This document shows, in pieces, positions 59,288 through 64,000 of a stretch of 64,000 nt of DNA (position 1 is the stretch's first letter; every line of letters begins with the position of its first letter). The position numbers and the translations under genes were made by a program. The stretch comes from a virus. Location: positions 1 through 64,000 of the IMG/VR virus record IMGVR_UViG_3300037851_000570; one strand, 5' to 3'. The notes beneath the pieces are model-generated. The model had not been told where the DNA came from. It worked only from the letters and a program-made list of their open reading frames with translations, and did no database searches.

Positions 59288-59344
59288 CGAACCCTCCAGA
59301 GCCCAGCCTTGACGGCCTGGGTCAATGCCTTCTATGATTCAGGC

Positions 59345-59689
59345 ATGTTCGAGCCCATGGACCCGGACCTTGCCCACGCACTCATCGAACAAGAGCCCGA
59401 TGTTCTTTCCGAAGCCATCAAGAAAGAAACCGAGCTCTACGCCAACATCGCGTGCCCAATGTGTTACCAGAATGGGGCCGAAAAGAGAATTCCCCCTCCG
59501 AGGTTCGAGATCTCGACCGACGGGCTGCCCATGCTGCGCAACTCGGCGCTCCTGACCAGCCGGCCACTGCCCGCGGGCTATGCCCACTGTCTGCACTGCG
59601 GTACGGACTTCGACCCCCATAGCGGCCTCATTCGTCAAACTGAAGCATCCATCATTGCTGATCCAGACTCAGACCCTCGCCAACCCTAG
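59345..59689 (+). CDS. zinc-ribbon protein on the opposite strand inside the fibre block (114 aa)
   Basis: The ATG at 59345 lies in a 364-nt stretch with no minus-strand ORF, and third-position GC is high. The product MFEPMDPDLAHALIEQEPDVLSEAIKK...CPMC...CLHC has CxxC...CxxC. Its last 38 nt overlap the 3' end of the convergent giant gene. Confidence 0.5.
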   Translation: MFEPMDPDLAHALIEQEPDVLSEAIKKETELYANIACPMCYQNGAEKRIPPPRFEISTDGLPMLRNSALLTSRPLPAGYAHCLHCGTDFDPHSGLIRQTEASIIADPDSDPRQP

Positions 59690-62600
59690 CGAAAAACGCC
59701 GAGATCCGGCCGGTCCCATGGTAGGGGACTGAATTGAGCCCGCCGAGCTGGTCCTCGGTCCGGTCTACCACCAGGTTACGGTCCAGATCGTGCGTCACCG
59801 CCGTCAGCTGGACGGGGTGCTTCACGTAGTCCGCCCCACGACGGGTGAGGAACGCCTCCAGGTCCGACACCTGAAGCTGCGCTTCAGCACCCAAAGTATT
59901 GATGTAATCCTCGAGCGTCGGACCCAGAACGTCCGGCGACGCCCCGCCGCTGTAGACGAAGTTCACGTAGACGTAAGACGGCAAGAAATGCCGCGCCAGT
60001 GGATTGGCGTTGATGGGGCGGTCGGTATCAGACCTCAAGAGGTCATGGACCAGGCGAGTGACTACCGAGGTCTCGTACTTCACCTTCAAGTTCCGACCGC
60101 TGACCTCGCTTCGGTTCTCCGGGCTGTCGCTGTTGCCCACCGGTAGGAATCTGCGGTCGAACGCCAACGACACCTCTTCGAACGGTGAGAATGTCTTAAC
60201 GCTGTTGTCGACCGTGTAGGTGTAGCCGTCGATCGTTACCAGGCCATCGTCCTCGAGAACGAGCCGAGAGCTTCGCTCCAAGTTGTACTCATCCCCCGAA
60301 CCGTCAGACTCCACCTGGATATCGGCGTAGTAGAACGACCCGTCGAAGTTCTCCTGCATCTCGGTTGAGCTGATACGGAAGATCTTCTGCCGCAAGAGAC
60401 GGTAGAGCGACATCGTTCCAGGGTAGAGTTTTCCGTTGGAGCTCTCGAACCCCGAAACGGTCAGCATCTTACGAGCGCCATGAATACCGCCGCGAACCCG
60501 GAATGGGTTGCCGGTAACCAGAACCTGGAAGTTGTTGCTGGTGTTGTTGACGATGTCGACGTATGTCGCTCCGACGGACGCGATTGGGTAGACCCCCCTG
60601 TTGGGGCCGCTCAGCACCTCCAACCGATCGCCTGCCACTACGCCTGTCAGGCTACCGGTCCCGTCAGTTCTCGTCATCCTGATATTGCCCGCCCCCGGAT
60701 TGGAGGTCGTGCCGCTCATGACGATGTCCAGCCCCGGCGGTGCCTTGTAGACAGACCCCACTTCAGACACCTCAACCTGTGTCGCCACCGAAGCGTAGAT
60801 GTGGAAGGGTTGTTCGATGTTCTCATCGGACTCTGTCCGGAGCCACGAGAATCGCCCGATGCCGAAACAATCGAAGTCACTGAACCCTGTCCCTTCGATG
60901 TTGTTCGGTGCCCAATCAAGAGTGACGCGGCCTACCGATGGGTACGCCTGGATCTCGTATGCCCCATCGATGTCGTCTCTCGTCGACTCGAAGATCGTGA
61001 TCCAGTGCCCCTCCGTACTGCCGAGCGCCCCAGCGTCTGCGGGGTCGTACAGGTCCGTGGTGCCGGTGCCGGCGTAGAAGCGTTGATTCGCCCACGACTG
61101 CCGCGGCGTTGTGTCCTGGCCCTTGATGGTTTGTGTAGTTGAGGTCAGCACCCGGCTGAGCCGCAGAGCCTTCGCGCTCTCGACAGTCTCAACAACGTAC
61201 TCACCAGCATCCGGCCCACTCTCGATCTTGAGGGTTTGTCCCGGCAGCGGGTAGACCCGGTTCATCGCCTGGAAGTCGATCAGCGAGTTGGATGGCACCT
61301 CCACCCGGTTGCTCCCCGAGACTGTCCGCAGCCCCGCGGGCTTCCCGAAGACTCCGAGCTCCTCGAAGGTCGAGCAGATCGACGAGGCTCCGACTCCCGT
61401 GGGAATCGTGAGACCGTCGGGGTTGTCGATCGTGGCGTTGAGGCCCGAAAGCCCAATCACTCGAAAGAACTGCCCGTCGCTGTCGAGACGGATCCACCGG
61501 TTGACATAAACACCAGTCGACGACCCCAGCACTACCGTCGTCGTACCGTTCCAAGTGGCGGTGGCCCCCATAGCGGTGACGGTTCGGAAGGGCAACTGCT
61601 CCTTCATTTCCAGGATATCGCCTTCGACGAGCTCGAGGCCAAACACATCCGGGTGGTCATCGCTGGTCAGCTCGACGATGGACTGGAAGTCCCCCGAACC
61701 GCCAACAGGTTCCAGCGTGCGGGTCACCCGGATGTCCCGGAGCTCGGTGTCAGTAGACCCCGGCGAGGGAAGCAGGGTGAATCCATCGACCTGCGAGAAG
61801 CGGAACCTTCTCGGGGTGCCGGCTTCATCGAACACCATACGGGCGCCATTCAGCCCCGTGGGGATTTCGACCGACGTTGGGTTCAGGAAGTAGAGGCGCA
61901 CGAATCCCGAGGACGGCAGCCCGATCGTGTAGTGGACACCAGTCGTCAAGCTGACGAACGGAGTGCCACCATCCGCCTGTACGGCCACCTGAAGGACATG
62001 AGCGCTTGGAACGGCCGCGACCGTGTAGGTTCCGGCGTTATTGGTGTTGATGACATTCAGACGATAGCCCGCAACCACGCCTTCGGCCGTGAAGTCGACA
62101 TCGTCGTCCTGCAGGTAGTAGTCCCCGAGACCCCCGGTTTGGGTAACACCCCGGTAGCTCTCGACCTGCACACCTTCCGCTCGGTTGGAGAACAGACCCA
62201 ATGCCCGAATGTCGATGTAGTCCCCGTAGGGGATGATGATACCGGTGGGCTGCGAGTTGGAGTCCAGAAGCTCGACGTCCTTGACGCGAACCAATGGCCG
62301 CTCGATGCCGGTGAAGGCTCGATAGATTGAGAACTTCTGCGAGAAGCCCGTGTTGAGAGGTGCGGAATCCAGCGTCAGCTCGGTTCCAGTTACCAGCGAG
62401 ATGCCGTACTTGCCTTTGTTGTCACCCTCCAAGATCTCGAGAGTATCGCCGGAAGCAACGCCCGCCAGCAGGAAGTTCGTCACACCACCGGAGCTGGCTG
62501 TGGTGCTGCCTGCGACCGTGTTGAGGTCCAGACCCAAAAAGATGGTGCCGAGCGGGATCTTGACGACTTTGGGGGCCACCAAGTCGACGTTCAGTTCATC

Positions 62601-64000
62601 GTCCAGACGATAGCGAAGACCACTTCCATCACCGGTGCCTGAAGGGGTGGCGTTCTTGGTCAGGTTCCGGTCGAGCAGCAAGGTATCGTCGTTGTTCAGA
62701 GAGTCGAGGATCCGGCGAATTGTGTAGATGCCCGCGTCTTCCCCGGTCTCGATGACGACTGAGTCTCCAATCTCGGCGACCCCAGTGTCCTCCAGGTCGG
62801 TGAAGTCGCACCCGGTCTTCAGACCCCAGGAGTTCGTTCGAGAAGCATCCCGATCCCGCACCAGAGGCTTGGAAGTCGTCTTCTCGACCACTCGGATGTT
62901 GGTGTCGAACGAAAGGTTGATGTTCAGATTGTACGCTGACCCTGATTCCTCGTTGGTCAGTTTCACCTTGAGGCGGACGCACCGCTCGGCGGGGCCGCTA
63001 TGGGCGGTTGTGTACTCCTCGTCCATGACCTCCAAGATCTCGAGAGTCGCCTGTCGGCCAGTAGTGAGAATCTGGATGTAGCGGCCGACATCGTCGGACG
63101 TGAACTTCCACGGGACTGTGTCGCTATCAGCCCCGGGGTCACTTCCACCGCCAGGGCTTGGCAGGTACTGCTTGACCAAGACCTCGTTGTTGGTGGCCAA
63201 CGCGACACCGAACCGGTCCATACCGGTCCGCATCAAGACATCGCCTAAAGCCTCAGTGATGTAGATGAACTTGTCGTCCTCACCGCCAAACGTCTCGAGG
63301 TCCACGCCGAAGTGCAGTGGCTCTCCGTCCCGAATACCCTCCAGCGTGATCTCCTTCTGGGTCGGTTGGCCGGCACGGACGTAGACGTCCAGCATGCCCC
63401 CGATGTGTGCCTCACCGCTGGTGAACTGAATTTCGCCTTGCTGGGTAGTTGGCTGAAGGATGCCACCTGGGATGTCAGACAGTGTAATGATCTCCTCCGC
63501 CCGCCGAAGTGCGAACTGCCCATCGATGTTGCCAACGATCTGCTCGGATACCCGGATTTGGGAAGCCGAGATGATTTCCGCCACCGTGAGGACCTGAAGA
63601 CTACCGGTGGTCAGCAGGTCGCTGAGAATAACCGTATCGCCGACCTTGACCCCCGCGGTGATGAAGGAGTTGTAGATGTCTCCCCCAGCGGTCATCAGGG
63701 CATAGGGGGATCCGATATCCAAGTCCACGTAGTAGGTGCCATCCGCACCCGCACCAAGGAAGTAGGCGTATGGAGCAGATTCGCCGCTACCCTTGATGAT
63801 GTCGCGTTCCATCTCGACGTCACCAAAACCGATGGTCTGGATGAGACGGATGCTCTCAAAGACGTCGGTCAGACGAGCGTTGATGCCACGGAACGTCACC
63901 AGGGACTTTTCGGTCAGGCTGTTCTCGACTCTTTCGATGAACTCGGTCGTCGTCTCTTTGTTGGCCCCCTCTTCGAAACTGGCCTTGTTGGTGACCTTGA
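59652..64000 (-). CDS. giant tail/baseplate-associated protein, 5' end beyond the right window edge (at least 1449 codons)
   Basis: The track lists 59652..63899 from an internal GTG. I read the frame upstream of 63899 and it stays open to position 64000 (...KVTNKASFEEGANKETTTEFIERVENSLTEKSLVTFRGINARL...). There are six or more copies of the GDxhxhxxGxNxGxYxh motif. Confidence 0.75.
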   Translation of the reverse strand, partial: KVTNKASFEEGANKETTTEFIERVENSLTEKSLVTFRGINARLTDVFESIRLIQTIGFGDVEMERDIIKGSGESAPYAYFLGAGADGTYYVDLDIGSPYALMTAGGDIYNSFITAGVKVGDTVILSDLLTTGSLQVLTVAEIISASQIRVSEQIVGNIDGQFALRRAEEIITLSDIPGGILQPTTQQGEIQFTSGEAHIGGMLDVYVRAGQPTQKEITLEGIRDGEPLHFGVDLETFGGEDDKFIYITEALGDVLMRTGMDRFGVALATNNEVLVKQYLPSPGGGSDPGADSDTVPWKFTSDDVGRYIQILTTGRQATLEILEVMDEEYTTAHSGPAERCVRLKVKLTNEESGSAYNLNINLSFDTNIRVVEKTTSKPLVRDRDASRTNSWGLKTGCDFTDLEDTGVAEIGDSVVIETGEDAGIYTIRRILDSLNNDDTLLLDRNLTKNATPSGTGDGSGLRYRLDDELNVDLVAPKVVKIPLGTIFLGLDLNTVAGSTTASSGGVTNFLLAGVASGDTLEILEGDNKGKYGISLVTGTELTLDSAPLNTGFSQKFSIYRAFTGIERPLVRVKDVELLDSNSQPTGIIIPYGDYIDIRALGLFSNRAEGVQVESYRGVTQTGGLGDYYLQDDDVDFTAEGVVAGYRLNVINTNNAGTYTVAAVPSAHVLQVAVQADGGTPFVSLTTGVHYTIGLPSSGFVRLYFLNPTSVEIPTGLNGARMVFDEAGTPRRFRFSQVDGFTLLPSPGSTDTELRDIRVTRTLEPVGGSGDFQSIVELTSDDHPDVFGLELVEGDILEMKEQLPFRTVTAMGATATWNGTTTVVLGSSTGVYVNRWIRLDSDGQFFRVIGLSGLNATIDNPDGLTIPTGVGASSICSTFEELGVFGKPAGLRTVSGSNRVEVPSNSLIDFQAMNRVYPLPGQTLKIESGPDAGEYVVETVESAKALRLSRVLTSTTQTIKGQDTTPRQSWANQRFYAGTGTTDLYDPADAGALGSTEGHWITIFESTRDDIDGAYEIQAYPSVGRVTLDWAPNNIEGTGFSDFDCFGIGRFSWLRTESDENIEQPFHIYASVATQVEVSEVGSVYKAPPGLDIVMSGTTSNPGAGNIRMTRTDGTGSLTGVVAGDRLEVLSGPNRGVYPIASVGATYVDIVNNTSNNFQVLVTGNPFRVRGGIHGARKMLTVSGFESSNGKLYPGTMSLYRLLRQKIFRISSTEMQENFDGSFYYADIQVESDGSGDEYNLERSSRLVLEDDGLVTIDGYTYTVDNSVKTFSPFEEVSLAFDRRFLPVGNSDSPENRSEVSGRNLKVKYETSVVTRLVHDLLRSDTDRPINANPLARHFLPSYVYVNFVYSGGASPDVLGPTLEDYINTLGAEAQLQVSDLEAFLTRRGADYVKHPVQLTAVTHDLDRNLVVDRTEDQLGGLNSVPYHGTGRISAFFARVGEGLSLDQQ

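Noticed and set aside
58787-59344. Upstream part of track ORF 58787..59689
   Set aside because: It is antisense to the 128-aa gene and to the start of the 1986-aa gene. Only the part from ATG 59345, in the gap free of minus-strand ORFs, shows coding character.
1-64000. tRNA, rRNA or other structured RNA genes, and transposase or IS elements
   Set aside because: There are no non-coding gaps long enough apart from 26394-26672, no cloverleaf-like sequence in the few intergenic regions, and no DDE or serine/tyrosine recombinase motifs in any long ORF.

Overview
The whole 64 kb window reads as one contiguous piece of a high-GC (about 60 % by eye) tailed-phage or prophage genome. Genes are tightly packed, often with overlapping stop and start codons (ATGA/TAATG) and GGAGG-type ribosome-binding sites. 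I saw no cellular housekeeping genes, rRNA, tRNA, CRISPR array, transposase or integrase.

There are three transcriptional blocks:
(1) 1-17436, minus strand, virion/ejection module. It holds a portal-like protein flanked by two Gly/Pro-rich proteins that share an N-terminal motif, and a single 2058-codon ORF that fuses bacterial-type RNA polymerase beta and beta-prime. A gpV/gp5/VgrG-like spike gene is translationally coupled to that ORF, and several other proteins could not be assigned. The block is interrupted by a 1.2 kb plus-strand island of three small acidic or Cys-rich genes (10308-11550).
(2) 17606-36158, plus strand, early/replication/recombination module. In order: a Cys-rich protein, an XRE HTH regulator, an SF2 helicase, a family-4 UDG, a DnaB-like helicase, a DnaG-like primase, a gp32-like SSB with a zinc-ribbon array, a family-A DNA polymerase, an HU/IHF-like protein, a RecA-like ATPase, Hjc-like and RusA-like resolvases and a Cas4-like nuclease. 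It ends in a two-gene cassette bounded by terminators.
(3) 36197-64000, minus strand. Four membrane/coiled-coil proteins are followed by more than 25 kb of giant fibre/adhesin genes (1267, 1518, 1288, 1986 and at least 1449 codons) built from paralogous modules.

The strongest novelty candidate is the compact single-chain beta/beta-prime RNA polymerase sitting inside the virion/ejection operon, ATGA-coupled to the spike gene. This suggests a virion-delivered multisubunit-type RNAP in fused form. Secondary candidates are the small-gene island upstream of the RNAP gene, the hierarchical 3x3 domain array in the 1986-aa protein, the duplicated fibre-plus-small-protein modules, and the membrane-protein cassette with no recognisable lysin.

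Limits: everything comes from reading the sequence and translations by eye, and no searches were run. Functional calls rest on recognisable motifs only, and many start codons are uncertain. I did not recognise a major capsid protein, terminase, tail tube/sheath or endolysin in this window.
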